A DNA stretch of 64,000 bases. It comes from Chrysomallon squamiferum (lineage: Eukaryota; Animalia; Mollusca). The stretch's first letter is position 1; each line of letters opens with the position of its first letter. The translations under genes were made by a program, and so were the position numbers. Below the pieces are notes generated by a model. That model was not told the origin of the DNA, did no database searches, and saw only the letters and a list, made by a program, of their open reading frames with translations. This document shows, piece after piece, positions 40,096 to 54,765 of this stretch. The stretch spans positions 14,322,001-14,386,000 of the forward strand of contig CM022665.1 of assembly GCA_012295275.1 (NCBI GenBank), written 5' to 3'.

Positions 40096-40652
40096 ATATT
40101 ACATTAAGAAGAAATCGAAATATATATAAATAAATTGTCTGTCTGATTATGCATGGATTTGGACTGTGCCCTAAATAAACACAGTTCGTTGCCGACCAGC
40201 GTACAAAAGTAGCTATTCAAATAAACCAGGGCTACGGAACGTTGTGACATATCTTTTTATTCACCGCACCAGCTTCGCGCTTTGTTCTGTTACAAAACAG
40301 ATCTGCAGAAATAAGTGCAGACACATTTGCTTTTGAAAATCACAGTAAACTTTGTTTACTTTTAGCTATACGTCTTAGAGGTACGTGTAATTATATACGC
40401 AGGTAAACACGTCTGACATCGTCTCTGCTCGATTTAGGAGTTTTCAGACGCAGGTTAATTAAAATACTTGAAGATACTGCAGTCTAAAGCCTGTTTTAAA
40501 TATTTACCAGGTTTGAAAAGTTATTTGATTTTGAGTTTGAATGGAACGTGCAGTCGAATATGTTTAACTGCAGTGCTGTTGAGAGAAAAAAAAAAAAAAA
40601 AAAAAAAAAATGAAGAAGAAATTACACAGATGCCTACATAAGGAATGACTAA

Positions 40653-40701
<49 letters not shown>

Positions 40702-40744
40702 CACGCATGAAGCCATCTATCTATCCATTCATCCATCTGTCGAT

Positions 40745-40777
40745 CTATTTGTATCTATCTATCTGTCTATCTATCTT

Positions 40778-40866
<89 letters not shown>

Positions 40867-40877
40867 GAGTCTATCTC

Positions 40878-40905
<28 letters not shown>
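40745..40905. repeat. (ATCT)n/(GTCT)n tetranucleotide microsatellite
   Basis: Visible directly in the sequence. Confidence 0.95.
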
Positions 40906-40908
<3 letters not shown>

Positions 40909-40947
40909 CTCTTTGTATCTATATACATACAAACATACACATGTGTA

Positions 40948-41325
40948 TACATCCATACATACGTACATTCCTACATATACTGAAATACAAACACAAAATT
41001 ACATACGTCCATACATACGTACATTCCTACATATACTGAAATACAAACACAAAATTACATACGTCCATACATACGTACATTCCTACATATACTGAAATAC
41101 AAACAAAAAATTACATACATCCATACATACGTACATTCCTACATATACTGAAATACAAACACAAAATTACATACATCCACACGCACGCAACATATAACGA
41201 AATCAAAACACAAACATCCTCATCCACACGTACGTACATCCTTATACATTCTGAAATAAAAACACAAATACCCATACACACATCCATACATTACGTACGC
41301 ACTTCCATACATTACACTGAAACAC
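40948..41325. repeat. 56-bp minisatellite, 4 near-perfect copies plus degenerate tail
   Basis: TGAAATAC recurs at 40981, 41037, 41093 and 41149. Confidence 0.9.
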
Positions 41326-41920
41326 AGACACACACACACACACACACTTTGGCTGGCTCACATCTTAATTAAGACTGGCGTGTCCCGCCGTGTCTAGTCA
41401 AGTAAGTCAATTAAAACTTCAGTCTCGTGTTCTCGGACTTCTCCAGACACTTAGGCATCACAAGTGTCCTAAATGAAACACCAAGGAATCATTTCCCCGA
41501 TTACCACATCCTCTTCCACGTTACCTTTCGTAAATGTGTTTATTTCTGGAATCTGAGGTGAAAGACGAGACACCGATATCGTAAGCTATTTTTATTTTAA
41601 AATTTTATAAAATATTTCATTTCTTTATGTGTGTTTCTTTTTTTTCTTTTTTTATATTATCTGTGTTTTCCAGATTTTGCATGTCAGGCATTTTTTATTT
41701 TTGTTTTATTATTTCTGTATTCTTAATGATACATAATTCAAGCAGACTTTTTATTTATATGTATTCAAAATAATAGGAACTATTGTAATTTCTTTATTCA
41801 GAATACTAAATATAATTTCATTATATAGAAATACTTTTTATCATTTCGTGCACCATCCTTATCAGTGTATTGAAATATTACTGCATGAAGTCTTAGGTCC
41901 TAATAGTAATAATATATTAA

Positions 41921-41984
<64 letters not shown>

Positions 41985-44059
41985 GTTATAAATAAATATT
42001 ATTTCATGCATAACATTATTAGTATAACCAAAATGCTATTTATTATCTTCGACATCCTCTTTGTCAATGTAATTGAAACGTGATACATGAAATGACGTAA
42101 TTGTGAATATTAAAAATAAACATGAAATGGAGTAAGTTCTTGTTCTAATACTTATACTTTTTCTTCTTCCGACCTTTATTGTATTAGTTGTTTTTGTTTT
42201 TTGTTGGGGAATTTTTTTTTTTTTTTTTTTTTTTTTAACTTATTTAATTTATTTATTTATTTTTTTTTTTGTTTTTTTTTTTTTTTTTTTTTTTTTTTTA
42301 TTTTTTTTTTTTTCCTGTTTGTTTATTTCTGGTTCCGATTTTTTTTTTTTTTTTTAGATTTTTTTTTAAAAAAAATTTATTGGCGAGGTTTTTTTTTTTT
42401 TCCTTCTTTCTTGTGCATATTTTAATGAAATAAGTCACACATATATTTTAAGGCATCATCTTTATTCAAGATGCTACACGTACAGTTGAGACTGTCCACT
42501 GAAGAACTAACTCAACATGAAATTCGAGCAGTTTGCAGACAACTAATGCATTGATATAACGTCTTTTCCCGGGCTATACTCCACGGCACAGGGTTACGAG
42601 TGATAGCACAAGCTGTTGGTACATTATTTATTTGGACTATGGGTAATCTTGACCAGCGTGACCTTTTCGCTGGATACACAGTCAGTCATCGTGTAGCATG
42701 GCTTGACAACGTCTGCAATGACCATGGGCGGATCCAGTGATAGGAGAAGAGGGTGCGAGGTAATACGACTTCAATGATGTATAAGTAAAAGGTAATAAAC
42801 CTAATTTATTTATATACTTCGTTCGTTGATCTCTCGATTATGTCTGTTTGTCTGATCTACAGTCGGTCGACATAATTTATATATATTAATATTAACCCCC
42901 ACAATTTGCAGAAATGTAAACTGTTGTGTCAGTATTATTATATTTTATAGATTAAAAAAAAGATAATCACCAAAAGAAAGAAGACAAAAACAACCACAAC
43001 GAGGAACAAAGAGCGAGAGAGACATAGAATAAATAAATAAATAAATAAATAAAAAATAAATAAATAAATAAATCCACATGTACAATTATTCTACAAAATA
43101 ACAACGCTGTGTACAAACAACACCTTTAGTTTCATGATCATCAAGGTGTACAGAATGTTACAATAAATCGTGCGGTGTACAAACGCCTTTAGTTTCTGTA
43201 TAACGAAAATGTCCTATATCTGCACAGTTTAGACGCATCTTTTCACAGACTCGTGTAACAATCAAGTGAGTGGGTACTGACAGTGAGCAGTGTAATTGAG
43301 TAACTTAGACAAACATTACCAGGTAAAGTTATTTACACAGTAAACTAGAATTTTTAAACAACACAACAGATTTGACTGAACAGAATTCTAAACTAGGTGG
43401 GTTTTTTTACAGTGCAAATATGTTTAAAAATTTGAAATTGCTGTTATTAAAGATTTATTTGTCTGTATGTATTGTGCGTGTGTTTGTGTGTGTGTATCTG
43501 TTTGTGTGTGTATTACTGAGAAACCAAAAATAAAAAAATAAAAAAATAAATAAGAAATGAAAGCAGCAGTAGTTGTAGTAATAGTAGTAGTAGAAGCAGC
43601 AGCAGTCTGAAAATCCTGATGCTAATGATAACATTTCAAGTGAGTATTAATGTCACAGATACCACCATTAGCATCAAATCTTTCGGATTACAGTAGTTGC
43701 AGTAGTAGTTGCAGCGGTATTAGTAACAGTAGTAGTATAATAGTATTAGTGGTAATGCCTATAGTAGCTGTTATTGTAGTAGTAGAAGTAGTATTTGTTG
43801 TTGAAGTAATAATACTAGAAATAGTAGCAGAAGTACTAGTATTATTAGTAATAAAAGTAGAAGTGATGATCGTAATAAATAAAATTAATTACAAGATGTT
43901 TTAAGGTCACTGTTTATCATTTCACAATATTATATCACAGCTACATTATCTGACAGTTAGCAAAAATAAATGAATCTGAATAACACCTGAGCATTTCGTT
44001 TTGGTTTTTTTTGTTCAGTTATAGCTAGTTGACGGTAATAAAACCAAACTCTATTTTAT

Positions 44060-44200
44060 TTTCATCTTAGACAAGGTAGCACACACCACGGTCTTTATCA
44101 ACAGAATCACAGAGCACCGGTTGGAACAGAAAACTGCAAGGACTACAGATTGTGGAGGTTTGAACCCGCGTCCCACCACGCCGTGTTACGGGCGCTCTTT
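44060..44200 (-). mobile_element. tRNA-derived SINE fragment (mollusc-type, possibly MetaSINE core)
   Basis: GACAAGGTAGCACACACCACGGTCTTT...GAGCACCGGTTGGAACAGAAA, then GGTTTGAACCCGCG (minus-strand B-box-like GGGTTCAAACC). The same core recurs at ~15310, ~33900 and ~61620. Confidence 0.55.
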
Positions 44201-44766
44201 GCAGTCACCAGTTTTATAAAGAATACAGTTTTCCCCACTTACGTAATCCTCTCTCCCCTCTATCTCCGACATCCCGACACAGTGCAGGAGACAGGAGGAG
44301 TGGTAAGAAATATGATCATGTTTAAGTATTTTGCATAATGTTACCACTAATTTGCGAGTTCACAACGTACATGATTATAACATGCAGCAGACCCGGCCTG
44401 TGATCAGTTTACAACTGGACTAGACGTAACTGTGTATAACACAGCGGTACATGAGAAAGAGAAACAGTGGTTGACAGAAATCATTTTAACATTAATATGA
44501 TAATATTTGTATAATTTTTGTAATGTAAAAGTGAATAGAAGGTAATATTTTTTTTTTTTTTTTTTTTTTTTAAAATTATTAATTAATTTATTCTTGAACA
44601 GCTCCATAAATGACAATAACTAAATTAAAATTGAAATTTTATAAAAATGCAACACAACAAGTTCATTTTAATTTTGAAAAATTATTTTATTTGTTTGTAA
44701 AATACATAATTGTATATTATATCTTTTATTTTTTATTATTTTAATATTTAAGCGTCTTTTGATATT

Positions 44767-44842
<76 letters not shown>

Positions 44843-46098
44843 CTTTTCCTTTGATTAATAGAGATATATGTACCATAAAAAGAAATAATAAATAAATAAA
44901 TAAATAAACAATTTTGTGACTTGGTGCTAAAACATAAATATTAACAAAACTGAGGTCAATTTGATGTCTGTGCATTATCTGAACTCAGTTCCTGTTACCG
45001 AATACCTCGGTATTGTGTCTGCGTCACGTGATATTACTTTGTATTTTCGGATCTTGTCATGGTAACTAGTGGAAACTTCAAAACGTACTTCAAGGCTGGT
45101 TTTTGTTTATCGATTATGTGACAGAATGCGAGCTTGAGAATTCTAAGTAAAAAAAAAATATGGACAAGAGACTTTTATTTTATACAATTATACTGACGAG
45201 GAAAGATGTGTCAAAAAAAAAAAAAAAAATAGACTCATCTTCCTTTTGTCCTTTTGATTAATTGTTTCAACGTATTCATTTCATTCTAATGATTACCTTG
45301 CGAAATTAATAAAGAATGAAAACATAAAATCATAATAATTTACCTCATCTGACCATTACCTACCATACCAAACTGTGAAATATATTCAGTACCGTGTAAT
45401 ATGTCATGGTGTGATGGGTAGTCTGCAATAAAACACAATACAACGCAACACAACACAACACAAAACAGTACTTGTAAAATATATTGTTTTAAACCTTTCC
45501 GTGGTTATCATAAACATAATAAAACGAATCACCATGAAATTCATCTGCAACTAGACTGATGCCATGTTGGTTTCGTTTCGTTTATTGTGTTGTGTTACAT
45601 TGTGCTGTGCTGTGTTTGTTGTGTTGTGTTGTATTGTGTCGTACTGCTTTGTACTGTGTTATCTTGCATTCTATTATACTGTGTTATGTTGTATTGTGTT
45701 GTTTTGTGTTAAGCAGTCTTTGGATGTATTGAGTGATATTGTATTATATTGTACTGTATATAGTGACAGCAGATTTAATGGAAGGTGATCTCTATTGAAA
45801 AAAAACCCACAAACCCTCCGAACCCCAACCGAACCCCACCAGCAACCTTGTTATTTAGAAGAAGAAGAAAACAGTTTTATGAACGTAATTTCTTGTCTGC
45901 AGTGCAGAATATTGAGCCATCCAGTGTCTGAATATGGACGTTTGTTGAATAAAAGGAATTTTAACATGCAGCCCGCATTGTTCACACGTAGACTGTCAAG
46001 TCAATTTCCTGTTTACGTTCATAGTTGATCTGAGGAATTTCTTTACAAAACCAAATCAATTAAGTATCTTAGCGAAGTCACTGGGGCGTTACGACATT

Positions 46099-46099
<1 letters not shown>

Positions 46100-46147
<48 letters not shown>

Positions 46148-46306
46148 TAAAAGAAGAAGAAAGAAGAAAAAGAAAAAAGAAGAAGAAGAAGAAAAAGAAA
46201 AAGGAGTAGGAGTAGGGAGAGAAGAAGAAGAAGAAGAACAACAACAACAACAACAACAACAAAATGAAAGAAAATGAAAGAATAACAATAAAAAAAGAAG
46301 AAGGTA

Positions 46307-46347
<41 letters not shown>

Positions 46348-46410
46348 TGATGATGATGTTGATGATAATGGTGATGATGATAATAATAATAATGATGATT
46401 ATAATAATAA
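46100..46410. repeat. Compound trinucleotide microsatellite (AAT/AAG/AAC/GAT)
   Basis: Visible directly; explains spurious ORF 46043-46462. Confidence 0.95.
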
Positions 46411-46666
46411 TTTTAAAAAGAGAAGAAAAAAACAACAAAAAGGCCCCCCCCCCACTAAACAAATTCAGCTATCAATAAACAAATTTAATTTGGCCTGCGG
46501 TAACATTTTAAAATATTTGTATGTTATAATTACAAAAAACCTGACGTAAACTGATTGATGGGCGTCTCCCAGTTATGCCAATTTTGACACTACATTTACA
46601 CGATTCATTCGTCTAGTTTTGACGTCACAATTGATATTACATTTAATTTTTAGAATTCAAGGATAC

Positions 46667-46716
<50 letters not shown>

Positions 46717-47105
46717 AAGTATCGTTTAATTCTAAAAATAAATATAAATTATAATTTTCACTTTGCTACATAATTTATCTTCATGTTAATGCCAATAACC
46801 ACCATTTCATTATACTGTATTACATTACCAAGTTAATGATAATCACCATACTTCCCATTATCATCATGTCTGCCATATTTTTCCTCATTAGAAAAAACAT
46901 TATTATTTATAATAACAACGGTAATAACAACGACAATGTTAACAACAACAACAACACTAATCATCATCAACTGCATCATCATAGCAATCATCATCCACGA
47001 CCTTTTCATCAGTAAACAACATACTTCTTTTTATAAATCCAGAATACCACACATAAAAAATAATTTGAACAATTTACTCAAATCTGACATCAGCCTGTAT
47101 ATAGC

Positions 47106-47985
47106 ATGTAATAGATAGCTTGACTTAGCAACAATACATTAATATGTAATACACAATTTAACTTAGTAACAATACATTAATATGTAATAGACAATTTAAC
47201 TTAGTAACAATATATTAAATATGTAATAGATAGTTTAACTTAGTTACAATATATTAATTATATAATAGATAGTTTCAGTTTAGTAACAATATATTAAATA
47301 TGTAATAGATAGTTTGACTTAGTAACAATATATTAAATATGTTATAGATAGTTTTATTTAGTGACAATATATTAAATATGTAATAGATAGTTTGACTTAG
47401 TAACAGTATATTAAATATGTAATAGATAGTTTGACTTAGTAACAATATATTAATTATATAATAGATAGTTTCAGTTTAGTAACAATATTTTAAATATGTA
47501 ATAGATAGTTTAACTTAGTGACAATATATTAAATATGTAATAGATAGTTTGACTTAGTAACATTATATTAATTATATAATAGATAGTTTCAGTTTAGTAA
47601 CAATATATTAATTATATAATAGATAGTTTTATTTAGTAACAATATTTTAAATATGTAATAGATAGTTTAACTTAGTGACAATATATTAAATATGTAATAG
47701 ATCGTTTAACTTAATAATTTCAGTTTAGTAACAGTATATTAAATATGTAACAGATAGTTTGACTTAGTAACAGTATATTAAATATGTAACAGACAGTTTG
47801 ACTTAGTAACAGTATATTAAATATGTAATAGATAGTTTGACTTAGTAACAATATATTAAATATGTAATAGATAGTTTGACTTAGTAACAATATATTAAAT
47901 ATGTAATAGATAGTTTGACTTAGTAACAATATATTAAATATGTAATAAATAGTTTGACTTAGTAACAATATATTAAATATGTAAC
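47106..47985. repeat. 39-bp minisatellite, ~22 copies (TAGATAGTTTGACTTAGTAACAATATATTAAATATGTAA)
   Basis: Direct tandem periodicity, seen as a 13-aa repeat in spurious ORF 47720-47992. Confidence 0.95.
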
Positions 47986-48199
47986 TGAGCATTTTAAATA
48001 GGAATGAAATGGTAACACGTGTTGTTTAATAACATTACAAACATACACTGTGACATTTTGAATAATGTAATGGTTGTGTTTAATGTCAAAATAATAAGAA
48101 ATACAAATCAGAGACAGAAAACGCCCCATGTCTGATCTTAATAAACACAGGTTTGTTTTACGTGTGTGTGATACATACATACATACATACATACATATA

Positions 48200-48254
<55 letters not shown>

Positions 48255-48821
48255 TATGAAGAAGAAGAATATTAATAATAATATGTACATAACTAATCTA
48301 TTATTAATTTTTTTTTTTTTAAATGAAAAAGAAACAATAACAACATTATATTTATTTCTTCATTTTATAACATTTCATTTCATTTCATTTGTTTGTTTGT
48401 TTGTTTATTGTTTGTTTATTTATTTTTAAGATTATTCAAAAAAAAAAAAAAAATAAAAAATGATGATGATGATAATAATAATAACAATTAAATTCGTAAA
48501 CAAAACCATTTATTTCATATACTTATAAAACTATCAGTTTCATATTTCATTCAAATCACGATCCACAGGGAGTGATATATATATTCTGAAAAAGAAGATA
48601 ATTTATTTATCATCGAAGTTGTAAATAATATAAGATTTGTAGTTTTTTAAACAATAAACATAAAATTATTAAAAGAACATAATAACTTTAAACAAAGTTT
48701 TAATTCTTAAATAAGTATTATTATTATTATTGTTATTATTATTATTTAATTTTTTGTTTAATAGGGTGACAGCTATAATTACCTTTGTCATAAGGTAAGT
48801 AATTTTTAAAATAGACACACA

Positions 48822-48870
<49 letters not shown>

Positions 48871-49339
48871 ACACACACACACACGTCTTAAATATTCACG
48901 CATACATAGAACATATTATTTATTCATGTAATTTCGACAATCCATGCAATATACTCGCTGGAAATAAACAACGACAATAAAACAAAATAATAAAAAAAGT
49001 ACCAATATTCTATCAAAGATATACATTACTAAATATCATTCCACAACAAGAATTCAACGTATAACAAACTGCCATGCATAATTCAGACGCTAGAAATGTT
49101 GTAAACTGACATTAATAAAGTGGCCCTAACGTGACAACAATAGCAAGTGATCATGTTAGTGGAATTCCTCAACCTTCTCACACTGTCTGCAGCAAGAGCC
49201 GCGCTTTGTAATTGACAATCCTTTTTTTTTTTTTTTTTTTTTGAAATCTCTCTGTGTGAAATGATATTAGCAGTGTTTTCGATTTCACTCAAACCACGCT
49301 GCGAGTTGTTCGTTTCATTGGTATGTTTTTGTAGCCTCT

Positions 49340-49402
49340 TGCATGAGTCATCTTCTCTTGCGCTGAATAAAATAAAGCGAAGCGTTTTGTAGCGTCAGTG
49401 AA
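49340..49402 (+). promoter_or_regulatory. Candidate core promoter of a second, unidentified gene (AP-1 site, TATA-like box, Inr)
   Basis: TGAGTCA at 49344-49350; AATAAAA at 49366-49372, 31 nt upstream of the A (49397) in Inr-like TCAGT. It marks the start of one of the most CpG-dense stretches of the window. Confidence 0.45.
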
Positions 49403-49433
49403 ACGAGGCGAGAGAGAGAGAGGGAGAGACCGA

Positions 49434-49472
<39 letters not shown>

Positions 49473-50269
49473 GTAGTGCCGGGAAGCACCAGCCGCCGCG
49501 GTCATCAACGTTTTTTTCAAAAGTCGTCGTTGTATTTATACACACATACGTGACTGTGTGACCAGTTTGGGCTGACCACGTCTGTGTTGTGGATAACGAG
49601 TGAAAGAAAGAAAAAAAAAAAAAAAAAAAAACATTAAAAAAAAAAAACAAGTCTTGCATATTTCACAGCTGTACGTATTTCAAGCTGAGTGTGTGTATTT
49701 CTCTGCAGTCGCTGGCAGCCGTCGATCGGCATGCGTCAGTTTCCAACAGGTACATTTTCTACTGTAGGCGGCTGGGATGGCTGAGATAACTATGCACACA
49801 AGACAAAAACCGTTAACCAATGAGTAATCCCGATTTTGTCGTATTAACGGTTCGCTCAGGCTGTAACGGTGAGGCAGTACCGCAGTTATTTCACAGGGAT
49901 ACGCGTGGAAAATATTCGTGTCAATAAAACACACACAACTATAAACATATTAGTTGCCCCCCGGGATCGCTGCATATTTTGTTTGAACGCGGATTTGCCG
50001 TGGATACAGTCTCATAAAATTTCGACCCGGACTTTTGGTCTGTTTGGTAAATACACTACAGTCTGCGCGAGTGCATCGTATCTTGATAAAACAGGCGGAA
50101 TAAGAAAGAGAAAGCAAGGTGGATATATATTGCATGCCATCTTTCTGTTACTGTTTTTGTAATGTGAAGCTGTGACATCGGATCCAGATTTCCGTTTAAT
50201 TTCGAGGGAAATCCGTTTGTGACTACTGTGTGTAGTAGAAAAACTGATAAGCGAAACAAACAGAATCCG
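49397..50269 (+). other. Candidate long non-coding first exon of the second gene
   Basis: CpG-rich unique sequence ending at consensus donor CCG|GTAAGT (GT 50270-50271). No credible ORF. Confidence 0.4.
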
Positions 50270-50764
50270 GTAAGTTTCACGTTTTGTTTATTATCTGTAC
50301 GTGTGGCTGGCTGTATGTTAATACCTCCATACATGTTTCCATGCATCCGTGCGCATGTAACCGTGTCTCTCTTTGTCTACCTGAAGATAAATTTGACAGT
50401 ATGATCCTATCTATTCTCAACCCATCCTTCTGTTAGTTCATCTATTTTAAATAAATACATGAATATGAATATAAAACACACACACACACACACACACACA
50501 TACACACACATACACGCACGCACACACACACACAGGATAGAAAACCTACAACAGTACGACATAGTCATGAAATAAGCAGATTAACATGGTGATTTAATTA
50601 TTTACACTAAGCCTCCACTATTAGTAATCTTCCTTGTTAATATTCAAGTATTCCTCTTTAGGACCGGACACTGCCTTTACGTATGTATGTGTATATGTTT
50701 TTCCTTTTTTTATAAGTGTGTATATATATGTACACATGTGTCTTTGTGTGTATTGGTTGTCTGT

Positions 50765-50930
50765 GTGTGTATGTGTGTTATATAAATACACACACATGAT
50801 AATGTGTGTGTCTATGTGCTATATAAATGCACACATTATGATAATGTGTGTGTATGTGTGTTATATAAATACACACACATGATAATGTGTGTGTCTATGT
50901 GCTATATAAATACACACATTATAATAATGT
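50765..50930. repeat. ~41-42-bp repeat arranged as two 83-bp dimers
   Basis: TTATATAAATACACACACATGATAATGTGTGTGTCTATGTGCTATATAAAT at 50778 and 50861. Confidence 0.85.
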
Positions 50931-51236
50931 AAATCTGTATCCATTCAGCCGTTGCACACGACATATTACTTAGCTCGATCAGGCAAAATGTGTTAATATA
51001 CGTTTTATTACTTTTGTAAAATACGCTGGCATAATTATGTTGTATACTGAATTTATATTTACATATTTCACAAACTCTGGATTGATATTAGATTGTAATA
51101 TAAACTGACATAAATTAATGTAATAACAAAATCCAAATTTTCTATTTAGTTAATGATCGATTATATGTAATTCATTTTACAGATGTATAATATCAGACAC
51201 GTAAACACATATATATATAGAGAGAGATAGAGAGAG

Positions 51237-51299
<63 letters not shown>

Positions 51300-51622
51300 T
51301 TGATTTAAATATCTATAACAGGTGAGTGTATTAAGTATTAAACCAGGTACAGACATTTTAAGGGCAGATCAAACAAAGAAAACTGCGGTATCAGCAGTTT
51401 AGTCAATTTATTATCGTCGCATGAATGGACAAAGTATTGAAAACATGCAGTTTTGTTTGGCAGGTTTCTTTTGTTGTCAGCTTGTTCGCGCACCTTTTTT
51501 TTTTTTTAGATACATTATTACTAGTTATATATAAATACACGTACACACATATATACAGTATGAGTCAAATCAAACTGAAAATAAACACAAAATGATTAAT
51601 AAGAATAAAATTGTGTTCTATA

Positions 51623-51719
<97 letters not shown>

Positions 51720-51849
51720 CTTTATTACGCTTGCGTCCGTGTGTGCTTATAGCATATTGTCCATGCCTGTTCACTGGAAATGAATATACTAATATTCGTT
51801 TACTAATACACATAAAAGTGTATACGTGCAGTCATGTCTGAATATATAT

Positions 51850-51902
<53 letters not shown>

Positions 51903-52136
51903 GACACACCCATACATTAAAGGCAATCATGCGTGATATCTATCTTATCAGCTCATTGTAATATATGTGTCATCTGGTGTTTTTACCACAATATGTACAG
52001 ATGTATGAAATCACTGATTATAAAACGTGATTACATTTTTCTCTTTGAATCATCAAGCTGATCTCATCTTTATACATAAATATTTTAACTGTTGTATCCT
52101 GCTTAAAACAGTTTCCATATATTTGTACAGAATCTG

Positions 52137-52223
<87 letters not shown>

Positions 52224-52373
52224 CAATCACTCTTTTAAAACCTACTTCGCTGTTAATGCATACTTGTTGACTATATAATTTATTATATCTTGTCTATTTC
52301 TAGCTGAAAATATGACCTTAGGGTATTAGCAAAAAGTGGATCAATATTTTATTTTTATATGAATATTCGTATA

Positions 52374-52435
<62 letters not shown>

Positions 52436-52817
52436 GAACCCCTCCTCAAGAAAAAAACAAGAAAACAAAACAAGAACCAAAAAAACAACAGCAAAACAAC
52501 AAACAAACAACAAATAAATACAAAATTTAAACGGTATTTATTCATCTATTTATTTATTTAATTATGTAAAACAAAAGCTAACGGGGCATTCCTAACATTA
52601 TGTTTATTCAGCATTTAAATAACAGTGATATTCTTTACCTTGGTTTACATTTATCAACTGAATCTTTGTTAAACGTGTATCGACATGAGTAAGAAAGAGA
52701 CAGGAAATATTTTTGTGTTAATACAAACTGACAGGCACTATATCTTTGTTTGAAACAGGTAAAGTGAGGAATACGTCAACCGGAAAAACACCCACACATT
52801 TTCCTGAAACTAGATTT

Positions 52818-52819
<2 letters not shown>

Positions 52820-52879
<60 letters not shown>

Positions 52880-53130
52880 GATACTGGTAGTGGTATTATT
52901 ATTGTTATTGTTGTTGTTGTTATGACTATTATTGTTGTTATTGTTCGTTCTTTTATGTATTACTACTACTACTACTACAACAACAACAACAACAACTACT
53001 ACTACTACTACTACAACAACTACTACTACTACATGATGATGATGATATTGATGATTACTGTTATTATTATTATTGCTATCATTATTGTTCTTCTTATTGT
53101 TATTACCATTGTTGTTGCTAGTATTGTTAT
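52820..53130. repeat. Compound trinucleotide microsatellite (ATT/GTT/TAC/AAC/GAT)
   Basis: Visible directly in the sequence. Confidence 0.95.
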
Positions 53131-53345
53131 CATAGATGAGAATGTTAAATGAATTTTCTAAAGAGGATAATGACGGGAGACATAATTATAATGGAAAGCG
53201 CCGTTGTCATCATTATCACTATAACAACGTAATATGATGATAATGGGAGTCGTAGTTGTTATTATTGGTAATGATGATGATGTTGACGAAGATGATGGTG
53301 AAATATTGGAAACACAAACAAACGTAAAGAAAAACATCGCTTCAG

Positions 53346-53379
<34 letters not shown>

Positions 53380-53948
53380 GTAAACATCTGAATATAGTCA
53401 TATAAAAAAATTAATATATTTGATAAATGTTTCACACTATCAAGTTGTTTTTTTTTTTTTAAAGTTTTAATGTTGGTAATAATTGAATTTTTATTTTTTT
53501 ATTTTTTATTAGATGGGTGAAGAAATGATTAATCAGAAATCTTTTGGGTTCCGTAATCGAATATTTCAAAATACGCATTTCCTAATATCGATAACTCATC
53601 ACAATTTTATTTCTGACTTGGGCCAACCATAGGTTATGATCCCTCGTAATACCAGATAACCGTGATTCGATGACGTCACATGTGAGTCACCTAGTTCTGT
53701 GATTAGTTAATATGGGCTGTTAGATAAAAAAAAAAAATAATAAAAAAAAAAAAAAAGAAAAACAAACCCAACGAAACAACCTAATTAAGAGAAACAGATA
53801 CACTTGATTATTACTTTAATTATCCTTATTTTAGTTAATGCGTCATGATTTGATTGCTGGGGCTTTAATCGTGGGGTTAAAAATAGAATTACGTTGAGTC
53901 AGGAACATAAATATATACGAACACACGCAGAGATCATTAAGAGAGTAA

Positions 53949-54045
<97 letters not shown>

Positions 54046-54479
54046 GTCTAGGACTCCAAGTGCATCATAGTTCATCACTGACTGCTTTCAAACCGTAATA
54101 ACATGTAATAATTATTTTGTTATTAGTAAGTAACCGTGTTAGTAATCGTGTTAGTAATAGAAATTGCTATTGGTAATGCTTACTCTCTCTCTCCGTGATA
54201 CAGTAGAACACAATATGTTATTTGTTTGAGCAAATGTCAGTATATTTTTCATACACGGGGTTTTGACATTTTGCTATTTCTTGTTATGATATCCTGACTT
54301 ACTCATTCCCCCCTCATACCTTCATCTTACTCACATCAACCATATTGTAAACACATTTGGGAATGATCCATGACTCCTTATGTTTCTCAGACAATGACCT
54401 CAAACAATGGAGCGAGTTAGAATTATGTATAATACAGTTTTACTATATGCTACTTAATTGTACATATGATTTGGTGTTC

Positions 54480-54573
<94 letters not shown>

Positions 54574-54716
54574 TATACGTGTGTGAACATTTTATTTTAT
54601 ATATATATATATTACATACAGAGATGTTTTGAAATATTTGGTAATGGTGAACAGTTGAGATGAAACCCACAACACTGCCGGACTGGCGCTTGTAAATGAA
54701 TAATAATAATAATAAC

Positions 54717-54765
<49 letters not shown>

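Noticed and set aside
42190-42425. Very long T-rich tract suggesting a retroposed poly(A) tail
   Set aside because: No adjacent recognisable element or TSD; may be low-complexity expansion or assembly noise.
43650-43904. Hydrophobic ORF resembling a membrane peptide
   Set aside because: Derived from degenerate (GTA/GCA)n trinucleotide repeats.
44150-44200. tRNA gene (B-box-like GGTTCAAACC on the minus strand)
   Set aside because: No intact cloverleaf; it is the head of a degenerate SINE. The same applies at ~39370.
47720-47992. ORF with a 13-aa repeat
   Set aside because: Artefact of the 39-bp minisatellite.
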